Below, one piece after another: positions 20,401 to 29,249 of a stretch of DNA of 64,000 nt (position 1 is the first letter of the stretch; each line of letters starts with the position of its first letter). Location: the IMG/VR virus record IMGVR_UViG_3300010149_000008. One strand, written 5' to 3'. The notes beneath the pieces are model-generated. The model saw only the letters and a program-made list of their open reading frames with translations, was not told where the DNA came from and made no database searches. The translations under genes were made by a program, and so were the position numbers. The DNA is from a virus (lineage: Duplodnaviria; Caudoviricetes).

Positions 20401-22718
20401 ACTTGTTTGATTCATCTTCTAGTGTGACAGACAAGACTCTTTCTAATATTGCTATATCTAAAGGCCCACCTATGACTGGTCCTGATGCTGAAGCATTTCA
20501 AAACTTATTTAATGCTGACGGTTTTGAGTCTGCTAAAGTTTTTGAGCTCAAAGGCGGAGGTGGAATAATTGACTTTGGTAATGGTAAAGTAATTGCTTCA
20601 CCTACAATTGAAAATCTAAAAGAGCAATATGGTATAATAGCACAAAATAACTTTGATTTTAAAGTTGCAATGGCTAAAGAGTTTGGAAAGGAATATGCAA
20701 CTGTTTCAAGCGGTGCTGAAGTTGTAGAACCTACGCTTGGTGAGGCTTTAGTGGGGAAAATAGGTGCATGGTTGCCAATAATTCCTTTAGCACTTTATGG
20801 TTATAAAACTTTTAAGAGCATACAGTCAGCTAAAAAAGACGTTATAATAAAAGCTATGTTAGATAGCATTAAAGCTGAGTCTGATATAGGTTTCTTTAAC
20901 ATTTCAGCATCTGTGCCTTTAGCTTATAAAATATGTAAGTTACTAGAAGAAAACAAACAAACATTAAAGGAAAATGGTATTAATATTGTTGGTTCTCTAG
21001 GTCAAGAAAAAGCAGGAACTACTGGAATGGGTAGCCAAAAGTTAGCTTCAAGCAAACTTGTATCTTCTCTTAAGCAGCAACTTAGAACTAGTACTAGTGG
21101 TCCGTTTAAGAAGTGGAGAGGACAATCAAAGGCAAGTGGCGTAAATGCAGATAGTATTACAGATGATCAAATTGCGCAAGCAATAAACGGAGGTTTAACA
21201 CAGATCTGTGTTGGTCTTCTTAAGATTTATGATAAAGAAAGATATAAAGAAACAGTTAAGACTGCAGATAAGGAAAGCTACAGTAAAGAAGCTTCTAAGT
21301 GGTTTAAAAGCAAAAATTATGACAATGTCATTAATAGAATTGGTGGTGAAGAAGTTTCCAGTAATAGAGAAAAAATGCTGCAAAAAAATGTTTCAAAAGA
21401 AGTAGAGCTATTATCAAACTTTATTATTGGACTAAATAGAGACTCAAAAGGTTTAGGTGAAAGCTTTTACAAAAACAAACTAAAAAACCTTTTGTTTGAA
21501 ACAGGATTTTTGACTGAAGTTTCAAATAAAACAATTATTGACGTTAAAGAACTTAAAAGTGGATTAAGATCTTCTGGTGTAGCAGTATACTCTTCAGGAT
21601 TAAAACCTGATAGCAAAGATTTCGTTGAAGGTGAAAACTATTTAGTTGGTACACTTGCAGACTTTTTATACACTAACTTTGACATTGAAGTTAAAGGAGT
21701 AGAAGAATATCAAAAGCTCAACTTAACAAAGGTTGCTGTAGAAGCTGATGTTGATCAAGATGCAAAAGTTGGTGAATCTGCTTCTAAAGAGCTTGAAGCT
21801 GTTGTTGGTAATGGACCGGTTGCACAAAACATGAATGCACCTATGGACTTAAATCAGCTAGCTGGTTTAATTAATATGAGCGGCGGCAATAATGCACTTT
21901 TGCTTATACTACTCCTTTCACAACAACCTCAACTTCTTCAAGCACTTGTTGCACTTCAAGGTAAAGGTGGTGCTTCTTTATTAGACGGACTTAACTTAAT
22001 AAAGCAAGAAGCACCTGAAGATGCTAAAGAAAAGCTTGAAGGGATTGATAGAGACATAGAACAAGCTTTGGAGTATCAAAACAACTCTAAACCAAATATG
22101 TCAAAGAAAGATGTTAAAAGGCTTTATAAACTACTAAATGCTGATCCTTTGAGCAAGCTAAGCAATCAAAATATAATATCAGGATCAAAAATTAACATAA
22201 AAGATTCAAGCATGTTTGTTGCAAACTTAAGACGCTATTTTAATATAACAGATGGAAATGTAGGTTATAGTGATGATGATGTCTTTAAATTATTTAATTT
22301 TATGCTTGGTGTTAATGGATTTTATGATACAGAAAATCTTAAAGCATCTAATGATGAAGGTTATTATAAACATGATAGCAACAAAGTAATTGATAATAGT
22401 GAACAAGAAATTATGTATATAACAACCTGCGCAGGCCTTTATTTAGCTGCAAAGTTTCTTAGACTTGATCATGATAGTATTATTAAAACCTACATAATGA
22501 AAGCAATTGCAGGAACTGACGATGATAAAAATACTTTTTATAGTAAATTAAATCAAGGAAACAATGTTATATTTACTTCGCTTGATATACCAGAGTTAAC
22601 TGCAGAGAATAAATTTAGAAAATCAAAGGTAATTACAAGAAAGCCTAAAAAACTAAAAGTGATAGAAGAGGCTAAGTTTTTGGAGCAAGAGTTTAAACGA
22701 TTATGGAATTTAAGATAA
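14484..22718 (+). CDS. Giant 2744-aa acidic protein, putative virion/internal-head polyprotein
   Basis: Uninterrupted ORF. Repeated S/K-L-x-x-L-L-x-E segments, hydrophobic G/A-rich stretches and an AGAE/AGSE tandem repeat; no enzyme motif recognised. Confidence 0.7.
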   Translation: MSLKLKDALFETNEKNLYKIFEKADKRELEGNVQALNKQKLQAVVKAIATSLNNKLPDTETVKLKDVMKSPLGVFGFNDIKALSNVPIALGLKIDPVNIKGDQSQGIDPLSFKAADTFDIMPIQIVNKFGEAIGGNVKGNEMIGIAYFPAIMKPLDNPEFHVKRFGLKPPEKGNTLMHMKVPLDIPVELVTKEEFEEIQKAFLTGKEAVINRISNLQKSRISGGVPEQAGQSDVAMSKNKRKTSADNKDASSNEDKDIDNKTDSIEKPDKMPEAFNFSTGKKLHEHSLSSLLLESQDEDPVTEPAAKLDKGGAQAEIVPQRVEFMLKDFPGVTIEQMFSVGSDIFAGDEKIRKAGVAGVIDDNIEQKLDSYFDSMSSFQLACFYLYLEAIGEMDEFNATANQTVWKNYINNNFGGSIENMVTAFKSNPESLDLKQNGITKDELVALFDDLKQPEVQVATHIDNSVSGDSKGSATDPFSEDLDSLFDIIDVDGVDGWSNMDPDEQIDAVSSNLSGSQLQQVLNTAEENTGNEMTIQALTNADAPFCNLVVGNEKESDEKSSILFFQSIQMSPKGRRKKNIVFIILFKDNGGYEFLRKDHKFDTYKEIIDNLADCALYDISKNKEPDVLSILSRIKELDATEGKQTITKTLQDEFNIDIEHLESQDDDKGQEKPDEIQQASSKVPNAPSEEEQKAYEGFQDIFSANRYDNNLSTAQNNISKVQDTEQKIPDKIKSKIDQIDKLSGVDQNDIKNVGALLNAKSDLCRTMSTVMDDVEDCAKNLSKLVKFKPKISEEGEERKFVPKYRTKSFVAGLDYVKKVANLVEETFNAMGISEFLSQESESQNTVAMLNNSARPIVKSILDFKYKDNKRSYSQFSQWSKTYKISTRVNDQWEKKTGDDVKNSIQYLIEELVKAFKKGSAQIEKELNNAIEDFSKENAEALSKVEQGAFNWREGLKYDIDKIYKPFSKISGIDITYETFESYFDSFVEQAQERVETSKKEFDPSILEKPLVLDLDAVIGELEKVNIKDESINDLAIILARNFIEIDDKKRQQLTAVEAQRYFVESFYEALDIQGKSGRFLENANKKGEPLNEIVGVAAGAVASAALFCGVTLGTSIVIIALAGYGIGQITGFDDWIKRKLSKKVLKKQDVVEAIMDNDEMVAAYKKLIKVSLLKAAQEYFISLESSLEEKFNIKLKYSNQKEYRAVKTRQQEEKKSAKAIENMSDFGKELMTKIEDVGHDVLPSMPGSQHFSDVTVTRVNSALRESKHINMIINHLSDGNTAGQENAGFVYQKGLGQLILKESEENSVSSKKEQINIPVNKMFGELKRLIGQSISKTNYNEKILRDLEKDFIKYGNENSSKISITKAENKTIPVSFVVQKISAYTGIPQAKIKKQLFESKNRNSNLINYNNKKNIENLINENILSGSLANLLLEESSVVSHVSSAGQYSRDGRFYFENLQSKGSDGVEKYDYYVTDFAKSIKRPTIKFDLNDVGIVPSKGSQFTISSEDGADPTPFVRFSVEHNGVKKVLRFRADGIASDFDKDVKIFLKLKNMDAAERMRYSDQISKISNRLGNLKGKIDPNGKITITSDGENVGIIKNVKEFKTPPISRTNKLTEDRFNDMIESTSAKGEIYLSASENLQAKHDQFLLHKLGGERSDYVVKKGLAIPKEHMLEGEIQWGDSDVIEGVKAFKTNGEFVEIKIAAGSTSGEIVTISPDGVELASRSRVIELRDKLVGNPVKFKTTGDTISDNGLVSSKLEMSAKAKETLGSAGTEVGEQAGAEAGAEAGAEAGAEAGSEAGSEAGSEAGSEAGEQAAGEQAGEQVDTEIKDVKSNDSNIDIFKDDKVDSIDQDALDEIYKDHMRTDSGGNIRLDAQHLDDDFEKLGYKVDTSNSVGEIKLYRIDSDGNASSEVIETFENSPDGVKDLCQKINDLKGQSNISLEVKEINMETKTLTKIDPESEGFFAGAKKFYNDLFDSSSSVTDKTLSNIAISKGPPMTGPDAEAFQNLFNADGFESAKVFELKGGGGIIDFGNGKVIASPTIENLKEQYGIIAQNNFDFKVAMAKEFGKEYATVSSGAEVVEPTLGEALVGKIGAWLPIIPLALYGYKTFKSIQSAKKDVIIKAMLDSIKAESDIGFFNISASVPLAYKICKLLEENKQTLKENGINIVGSLGQEKAGTTGMGSQKLASSKLVSSLKQQLRTSTSGPFKKWRGQSKASGVNADSITDDQIAQAINGGLTQICVGLLKIYDKERYKETVKTADKESYSKEASKWFKSKNYDNVINRIGGEEVSSNREKMLQKNVSKEVELLSNFIIGLNRDSKGLGESFYKNKLKNLLFETGFLTEVSNKTIIDVKELKSGLRSSGVAVYSSGLKPDSKDFVEGENYLVGTLADFLYTNFDIEVKGVEEYQKLNLTKVAVEADVDQDAKVGESASKELEAVVGNGPVAQNMNAPMDLNQLAGLINMSGGNNALLLILLLSQQPQLLQALVALQGKGGASLLDGLNLIKQEAPEDAKEKLEGIDRDIEQALEYQNNSKPNMSKKDVKRLYKLLNADPLSKLSNQNIISGSKINIKDSSMFVANLRRYFNITDGNVGYSDDDVFKLFNFMLGVNGFYDTENLKASNDEGYYKHDSNKVIDNSEQEIMYITTCAGLYLAAKFLRLDHDSIIKTYIMKAIAGTDDDKNTFYSKLNQGNNVIFTSLDIPELTAENKFRKSKVITRKPKKLKVIEEAKFLEQEFKRLWNLR
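19817..19912 (+). repeat. In-frame 12-bp tandem repeat (4x GGCTGGTGCTGA + 4x GGCTGGTTCAGA)
   Basis: Read directly from the sequence; encodes (AGAE)4(AGSE)4. Confidence 0.95.
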
Positions 22719-22728
22719 GGTTTTAAAA

Positions 22729-23190
22729 ATGAAGCTTAACGAGAATATGATGAAAAAAGTTTTAAAAGAAGAGTATGACAAGAGAATAAAATATTTTCTT
22801 ACAGAAAAGATAACTGTTAAAGATAAACGTGGTGTAAATGTTTTGCAATATGCTAATGGTCTTAAAGTTTTAGATAGTGCAGGAAATCAATACTCTTTTG
22901 ATGGAGTAGTTAAAAAAGGAAATGAAGAATTTGCTAAACTTTACTTACCTGATGAGCCTCGTAAAGATGCTTATGGAGTAAGTGGAGGATCAACTTTGCA
23001 TGAAGATGAAAGAGGCGAAATTGGATTTTACAGTAGATCTAATGGAAACATGAGAGACGTTTCGGCTGTTGATGACGTTGAAATGCCAGAAGAAAGACCT
23101 TCCTCACCTAAACTTCCAGATAGAAAATTTATACTAGTTCCTATGGGTGAATTTGAGCAAAGATTTAAACTTAAAACTGAAGAAGAGTAA
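22729..23190 (+). CDS. Hypothetical protein with LxE leader
   Basis: MKLNENMMKKVLKEEYDKRIKYFLTE leader. Confidence 0.7.
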   Translation: MKLNENMMKKVLKEEYDKRIKYFLTEKITVKDKRGVNVLQYANGLKVLDSAGNQYSFDGVVKKGNEEFAKLYLPDEPRKDAYGVSGGSTLHEDERGEIGFYSRSNGNMRDVSAVDDVEMPEERPSSPKLPDRKFILVPMGEFEQRFKLKTEEE

Positions 23191-23198
23191 AACTTATT

Positions 23199-23936
23199 AT
23201 GCATATAAATAATTTAATTAAAAAAGCGATCGCTGAAACATTAGAAGAAAAAGGATTATCAACCAATGCTAGTCAAGAAAGATTAACAGAGAACAATCTT
23301 GTTTCATCTGGAGTTATGTCTGAGGCTTATGTCGCTGAAGCTGGAAAGTTTAATTTAAAAACAGAACTTTTATCAGATAAAACTAAGAAAGCACATCAAG
23401 AACTTTTAGAAGGATACGTTGAAAATCTTAACAAAGTTTCTGCAAAGTTAGACGGAGTAGACAAATCTTCAGCTAATTTAAACCACTCTGACTTTCGAAA
23501 CTTAAAGGTAGACGAAACTTACAATCATAATGCTGCATTTTTACATGGCATGTATTTTGAAAACATAAGTGACTTAAATAGTCAGATTACAGTTGATTCA
23601 TTGACTTATATGAAGTTAGCAAGAGACTTTGGCACGTTTGATAAGTGGCAAGAAGATTTTGTTGCTTGTTGTCTTTCAGCAAGAAATGGTTGGGCTGTTA
23701 CTTTTTATAATCCAAATCTTAAAAGATATATGAATACTGTTATTGACTTACATAGCCAAAACGTAATGATTAGCATGCTTCCAGTTGTTGTAATGGATTG
23801 TTGGGAACATAGTTATTATAGAGATTATCTTAAAGACAGAAAAACATATGTCTATGGAATGATGAAAGAGATAGATTGGTCTATTGTTGAGAATAGAGTT
23901 AAATTATCTGAAAAAATTGCGAAAGTGTTAGGTTAA
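23199..23936 (+). CDS. Fe/Mn superoxide dismutase with N-terminal extension
   Basis: Metal ligands KAH..., AFLHGMYF, MDCWEHSYY; FGTFDKW and GW motifs; about 50-aa leader with ETLEE/RLTE/VMSE. Confidence 0.88.
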   Translation: MHINNLIKKAIAETLEEKGLSTNASQERLTENNLVSSGVMSEAYVAEAGKFNLKTELLSDKTKKAHQELLEGYVENLNKVSAKLDGVDKSSANLNHSDFRNLKVDETYNHNAAFLHGMYFENISDLNSQITVDSLTYMKLARDFGTFDKWQEDFVACCLSARNGWAVTFYNPNLKRYMNTVIDLHSQNVMISMLPVVVMDCWEHSYYRDYLKDRKTYVYGMMKEIDWSIVENRVKLSEKIAKVLG

Positions 23937-23938
23937 TC

Positions 23939-24769
23939 ATGTCTGATAGATTTTTAAACAATATGAAGTATATGCTAGAAAATACTAGAGGTTTGTCATT
24001 AAAAGTTTTACTTGAAGACAAAGAAGATAAAGAAGACAAAGAAGATAAAGAAGACCCCTTTGCAGATGCGTTCGACAGTAATGACGAAGATGAAAAGGAC
24101 ACAGACAAAGAAGATAAAAAGAGCGCAGAAGAAGGTGAAGATGAAGAAGGTGAAGATGACGTAACTGAGCCTGAAGAAAGCACTGATAGTTCTGCTGGTG
24201 TATATGATGATTTACATAGCTTGTCTGATTTTACAAAAACAGTTTCTGACGCTAATGATGAAAAAGAAAGAGTTAAAAATAAATTTAAGTTTAAACCTGA
24301 AGCTATAATTTCTTCTTCGTTTGATCCTATAATAAGTCATAAAAACAAGTCTTCTTTAATTTTAAAGAATTTACTCTTAATGAAAGAAGAAAGTAAATTT
24401 GACAAAACTTTAGATAAAGTAGAAAAGTCAATAGAAGATGAGCAAAAAAGAATAGAAAAATTAGGAGATGATGCACATTCTATTTCTTCAAAGATAGTAA
24501 AAGGATTTAATATAAATCATGAAAAAGAATCAGCAGAAGCTTTAAATAATTTTAAAAACTTTGATGCTAAATTTAGCAAAGCTGAGCTTGTTGCAAACAT
24601 GTATATTGATAAAATATCTGATTTAAGTTCGCCTCAAGACTTAGAAAGAAACATAAAAGATTTTTTATCTAGATTTAACCAGCTTTTACCAGACAGCGAT
24701 AAGATTGATATACAGGAAAAGCCGACTTCATATAATACAGGCACAGGCGGCAAAACACCGTCAGGATAA
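23939..24769 (+). CDS. Acidic hypothetical protein with LxE leader
   Basis: YMLE...LSLKVLLE followed by an (EDK)n acidic tract. Confidence 0.7.
   Translation: MSDRFLNNMKYMLENTRGLSLKVLLEDKEDKEDKEDKEDPFADAFDSNDEDEKDTDKEDKKSAEEGEDEEGEDDVTEPEESTDSSAGVYDDLHSLSDFTKTVSDANDEKERVKNKFKFKPEAIISSSFDPIISHKNKSSLILKNLLLMKEESKFDKTLDKVEKSIEDEQKRIEKLGDDAHSISSKIVKGFNINHEKESAEALNNFKNFDAKFSKAELVANMYIDKISDLSSPQDLERNIKDFLSRFNQLLPDSDKIDIQEKPTSYNTGTGGKTPSG
24012..24053 (+). repeat. 9-bp in-frame repeat encoding EDKEDKEDKEDKED
   Basis: GAAGA(C/T)AAA units read directly. Confidence 0.85.
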
Positions 24770-24780
24770 GGCTTTTAAAA

Positions 24781-25077
24781 ATGAATGAAAAACAATTGGC
24801 AAACAAAATAGTGAATAACAAAACAATTCACTTTGAGTTGCAAGGAAACATTCATAGAAAACTTAGAGCACTTTTATTCTTAAAAGAAATGTCAATGCAA
24901 AAATTTTTTAGACTCATGTCAGAAAAGTTTGTTGACGGAGATGACTATATAATTAGTCTTATAGAACAAAGAGTTAAAGAAGAAAAGACAAACAAGATTT
25001 CAAAGTTAAAAAATATAAATACGAAAGATTTGTACGATGCTATCGAAGAAAATTCTCCTCTTAAAGAAAAAGATTAA
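24781..25077 (+). CDS. Ribbon-helix-helix-like DNA-binding protein
   Basis: Beta strand KTIHFEL followed by two helices (NIHRKLRALL / MSMQKFFRLMSE). Confidence 0.5.
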   Translation: MNEKQLANKIVNNKTIHFELQGNIHRKLRALLFLKEMSMQKFFRLMSEKFVDGDDYIISLIEQRVKEEKTNKISKLKNINTKDLYDAIEENSPLKEKD

Positions 25078-25483
25078 AAAAGCAGAACAGATGTATTTAG
25101 GCAATTTGCTTGATCAAAAGTTGTCTTTGCTAAGTGATAGAATTGAAAATCAAGAGCAGAAAATAAAAAATCTAGAATGTAAAATAATTGAGCTTAAAAA
25201 AACAAATAATAAAGAATTATTAAAAGTTAAAAGTGGAATTGATTTAATTCTAGACAGCGTAACTGATCTAGAAGACTATAGAGAAACTTGCTCTTTAGAC
25301 TTGTCTACATTGGCATCAGCAATAACAGAACTTTATAATGTTTTAAATTACATGTTAGGTGGAAAGCTTTTAGTAAAAAAGGAGCCTACAAATGAAGACG
25401 AAGACTTTTTTGAAGAAGATTTACACCTTGAAGAGTACATAGATGAATGTGGTAAAAAGAAAAAGAAAAAGGTATATCATTAA
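25037..25483 (+). CDS. Coiled-coil hypothetical protein
   Basis: Heptad-rich 148-aa ORF with an acidic then poly-Lys tail. Confidence 0.6.
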   Translation: MLSKKILLLKKKIKKAEQMYLGNLLDQKLSLLSDRIENQEQKIKNLECKIIELKKTNNKELLKVKSGIDLILDSVTDLEDYRETCSLDLSTLASAITELYNVLNYMLGGKLLVKKEPTNEDEDFFEEDLHLEEYIDECGKKKKKKVYH

Positions 25484-25531
25484 TCGAAACAATTAATATA
25501 ATTATACCTATATGATATTAGGAAACGTTAT

Positions 25532-25942
25532 ATGAAAATAGATTTAGCAAATATAAAAGATTTAGCAAAAAACCTTTTGTTTGAAAATAATATAAATGAG
25601 CTCAGGCTTCCTCTAGACCATGACATGGATGCGGGTAAAAATAATAGAACTTCTGCTAAGGATCAACCTGGGCCTCAAATAGATGGTGAAGGTAATTATG
25701 AAAAGTCATACGAAGACTTAGAAGATGAGTTACCATTAGTACCATCAGATATTATGCCTGTCTTCTATGATGAAAAACTATCAGTTAATGCATTAGATGA
25801 CGAAGAATATATACCACAAAACACTTCAGAGCTCATGCGAGCATCTAATACGCTTATAGATAGAAATAAAGAAGAATTAAGTAGCAAAGAAATAGAGCTA
25901 GCATGGAAAACTTTAGTTAAAATTATTAAGAAAGCGAACTAG
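25532..25942 (+). CDS. Hypothetical protein with LxE leader
   Basis: DLAKNLLFENNINE leader. Confidence 0.65.
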   Translation: MKIDLANIKDLAKNLLFENNINELRLPLDHDMDAGKNNRTSAKDQPGPQIDGEGNYEKSYEDLEDELPLVPSDIMPVFYDEKLSVNALDDEEYIPQNTSELMRASNTLIDRNKEELSSKEIELAWKTLVKIIKKAN

Positions 25943-25947
25943 CAAAA

Positions 25948-28900
25948 ATGTCAAATAAAAAACTAACGAAAAGGGTTATGACCCTTATTGAAAACAAAAA
26001 CAAAGACTTTAAAGAAAAATTTTATCTTTTGTCTTATTTAGCGAATACTGATATAAAATCAGATGAAAGATTAATGTCTGAGGCAGATTGTTACATTAAT
26101 ACTCTAGTCAATACAGACGGAGTCAAGCCAGATATCAAACATGTACATAACTTATTAAAAGAGTCTATTAAGATAAAAGAAGGAGCTAAGTACAAAAAAG
26201 AATTTGAATGTGTTAAAGATCTTTGTCGTTTAATTAACATAGAAAAGCTTTCTTCGGAAGAAAGCTTTATTTTTGAAGAATTAAATAGTATTAGTAACTT
26301 AACTGACTTTAAGTTAAACAACAAATTAAAAAATATATTTTTAAAGTCTGTTAATAACAATACGCCTCTTTTAATCAGTGAAGCAATTAAAACAGTAGAT
26401 GCAGACGATTTATTAGACAATTTTTATGGTGATAAAAAAGTTTCAAAGCCCAATACAGGAAGATATGCTGACTTGGACTTAGACGTCTTAGATGACAATG
26501 AAGCTTATAGCGACGAAGCTGTTCAAGATGATGATGAAGCTGTTCAAGATGATGATGACTTTGACAAAAAAGTTAATGCTAGAGAATTAAATCGAAGACA
26601 AAAAGAAGTCTTGTTAAGATATGACTGGCTGCTTAAAAGAAAAAATATTCCTTTTATTGCAAGTAAACTAAACATATATCTTCCTAAGCAAATTAAAAAG
26701 AAAGGTGTTAGTATTCCTCCTCCAGAAAATTTAGAAAATATTCCTGCAATTGACAAGCTTGCAATTGTTGCAAAATACAAGTTGATTGTTGAACAAAGTG
26801 CTACAGTTAAAGCATTAAGAAAATTTGAAATTATAAATCAGATATACTACTATCTTAATATTCAAAAAAGATTTTTAGATAGTGACATGGCACAAATAAT
26901 GTCTGTAGGAGAGAAAGACTTAACAAAAAATAGAAAATCAAGATTTTCTTCTTCACCATCGAGGCTTACTGATGATGAAAAAAGAGAAGTTAAAGCAGAG
27001 CTTGATAAATTAATTTCAAAAATAAACTTAGATAATGCGTCTACTTTAGACTCTGATACTGTATCTGAAAGCGAGCTTATTTCTATACTTAAAAAGTCTG
27101 TAGGAGTACAGAAAGATGCTGCTGTTAGCTTTTTGTCTTATTTAAATAATGCATATCCGCTATCAGGCAATAAACAAAACAGTCAAGAAGTAATGTCAGA
27201 TGAAGAGTATGAAGAATATCTAAGAGGAAACAGAGAATTAGACGCAAAAGAAGCACTAGAAGATGATGAAGAGTTTAGAAATGATTTAGTTGATGCTGAG
27301 TCTGGCGAACCTCTTTATGCAAGTGTAGAAACTGCAGCTAAAATTGCAAGCTCTTATAAGAAAGAAAATGATTTTGAAGAAGTAGAAGTTGAAGCAGCTG
27401 ATGCTATACAACTTATGTCGCAAAAGTCACAAAGCTTAATGAAAATACAGGAGCTTGAAACTAAAGCTAAAGCAAGAAAAAAGCTTGTAAGATCTTCTAA
27501 CGAAGAAAAGCAGAAGTTTATTGCAGAACTTTCAGCTTCAATGACTCGTAGCCAAGTAGAAGCTGAAAAGCAGAAGCCAGGATGGCAAACAAGAATGTAC
27601 TTATCTGAGTTAGATAGAGCTGAATTTGATGATGCAATTGAAAAATATTCAGTTCTTGTTGGGACTAAATTAATTGTTATTCCAGATCGATCAAAAAAAG
27701 AAGTACATGATGAAATATTACATGCAATAGATAAACCTCAAGGCGCAAACAAATTAAATCCTACAACAGGAAAGATTGAATCTTCTACTTGGAACGAATT
27801 TTTTGACAAGTACTTAGACTATGATCCAGAAAATCCAACTAGTAATGCAGACATTGCTAGATTAAGTCAAGGTCAGTGGAGAGATACAGGTGGTGTTAGA
27901 CAAAGTGTAGGGAAATCTTTTGCTAAATCTTTATTTTATACTTCAAACATCAAAGTTAAATCAGAAATATACGCTGAACTTGGTAAGAAGTATATTGATA
28001 TTGCTAGAAAATTAGGTCTAGTTGAATTTGATATATCTTCTGTAGGTGAAGATACTTCGAGCATAGAAACTAAAGGTGACATTGTATCTTTTAAAAGATT
28101 AGAAGAACTAATTACTCGAGAAGATGTTTTTGAAGAGTATTTTACTAGTGGATTATCAAATGAAGAAGATGAAGAAACGCTAGATTATCTTACAACAAAA
28201 ATTTCTTCTTTTAGAATATTTTGTAATGAATATCTAGATTACTTTTATTCTAACTTTATATGGAATAAATGTGAAGTTAAAATTGCCTTAGCAATAAAAA
28301 AATATTTTTCTACAAAGTATCCTGGCTCAAATATTGGTAAAAGCTTAGATGATAATACAAAAACTTGGCGTGGAAGCAAAGTAGATCAAGAGCACGGTAG
28401 GATGTTATTTGATACAATCATTAACTGGACAATGGGAAGATCAGGAATAAAAGATTCAGGCAACGTGATCTCTAATCCTAAAATGGAGCTTGATCAAAGA
28501 AAAAATGCTTTTATAAATGGCCAAGGAAAATTTAAGTCTCTTGCAGAAAAAGTATCTTCATTTAACTCAATGTCTTATGCAAACAAGATACAAAACTTTG
28601 ATCCAGAACATTTAATGTATGATTGTTTAAATGATACTTCTAAAGTATCAGCTCCATATCCTATTATAGGAGCAGCATTTAAAAACTGCAGCGAGTTAAA
28701 TGCTGATGATAGGTCTTTGTTTTTAAATTATATATCTAAGCAAAAGTCTTCTAGCCTCGAGACAACTTTTATTGAGTCACTTATGAAACAAGAATATTAT
28801 GATGCTGCTCTTAATAATCCAAATAGTCCGTTAGGAAATCCAGCTGAAATTCAAGGAATAGAGACAGGCTCTGGCTCTGAATCTCCTGCTGACTCAGGCA

Positions 28901-29247
28901 TGCCTTTAAGCACAAAAGGTGCACCATATTTTAGAAAACATTGGCGTGAAGCAATTAAAAGCAGCTTAAAAGATTTAGCAGCTCGTGCAGATAAAGAAGC
29001 TAAAGAAAGAGAAGTAAAAATTAGTCAGTCTAGAAATTATGATTTCTTAGAAGACGAAGAGCTAATGCTTACAGACTATCAAGTTATTTATGACGGAAAG
29101 TTAGCTGAAATAAGTACTATTGACATTGAAAATCAAAAAGCAAAGGTTATTATTGATGTTCTAGACTCAAAAGGAAATGTTATAGATGTTAAAACAGTAA
29201 CAGCAGATTTTTCTGAATTGCGTCATGCTGATTTAATGAGAAAGTAA
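25948..29247 (+). CDS. Large (1099-aa) hypothetical protein, LxE-rich N-terminus, C-terminal SH3-like barrel
   Basis: TLIE, LMSE, LLKE, LLISE in the first 150 aa; DEAVQDD duplication; C-term YQVIYDGKLAEI...KAKVII. Confidence 0.65.
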   Translation: MSNKKLTKRVMTLIENKNKDFKEKFYLLSYLANTDIKSDERLMSEADCYINTLVNTDGVKPDIKHVHNLLKESIKIKEGAKYKKEFECVKDLCRLINIEKLSSEESFIFEELNSISNLTDFKLNNKLKNIFLKSVNNNTPLLISEAIKTVDADDLLDNFYGDKKVSKPNTGRYADLDLDVLDDNEAYSDEAVQDDDEAVQDDDDFDKKVNARELNRRQKEVLLRYDWLLKRKNIPFIASKLNIYLPKQIKKKGVSIPPPENLENIPAIDKLAIVAKYKLIVEQSATVKALRKFEIINQIYYYLNIQKRFLDSDMAQIMSVGEKDLTKNRKSRFSSSPSRLTDDEKREVKAELDKLISKINLDNASTLDSDTVSESELISILKKSVGVQKDAAVSFLSYLNNAYPLSGNKQNSQEVMSDEEYEEYLRGNRELDAKEALEDDEEFRNDLVDAESGEPLYASVETAAKIASSYKKENDFEEVEVEAADAIQLMSQKSQSLMKIQELETKAKARKKLVRSSNEEKQKFIAELSASMTRSQVEAEKQKPGWQTRMYLSELDRAEFDDAIEKYSVLVGTKLIVIPDRSKKEVHDEILHAIDKPQGANKLNPTTGKIESSTWNEFFDKYLDYDPENPTSNADIARLSQGQWRDTGGVRQSVGKSFAKSLFYTSNIKVKSEIYAELGKKYIDIARKLGLVEFDISSVGEDTSSIETKGDIVSFKRLEELITREDVFEEYFTSGLSNEEDEETLDYLTTKISSFRIFCNEYLDYFYSNFIWNKCEVKIALAIKKYFSTKYPGSNIGKSLDDNTKTWRGSKVDQEHGRMLFDTIINWTMGRSGIKDSGNVISNPKMELDQRKNAFINGQGKFKSLAEKVSSFNSMSYANKIQNFDPEHLMYDCLNDTSKVSAPYPIIGAAFKNCSELNADDRSLFLNYISKQKSSSLETTFIESLMKQEYYDAALNNPNSPLGNPAEIQGIETGSGSESPADSGMPLSTKGAPYFRKHWREAIKSSLKDLAARADKEAKEREVKISQSRNYDFLEDEELMLTDYQVIYDGKLAEISTIDIENQKAKVIIDVLDSKGNVIDVKTVTADFSELRHADLMRK

Positions 29248-29249
29248 AA

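Noticed and set aside
14484-22718. Tape measure protein
   Set aside because: It lacks the regular Trp/Phe-spaced helical repeats and there is no tail-gene context; it is acidic and punctuated by LxE sites.
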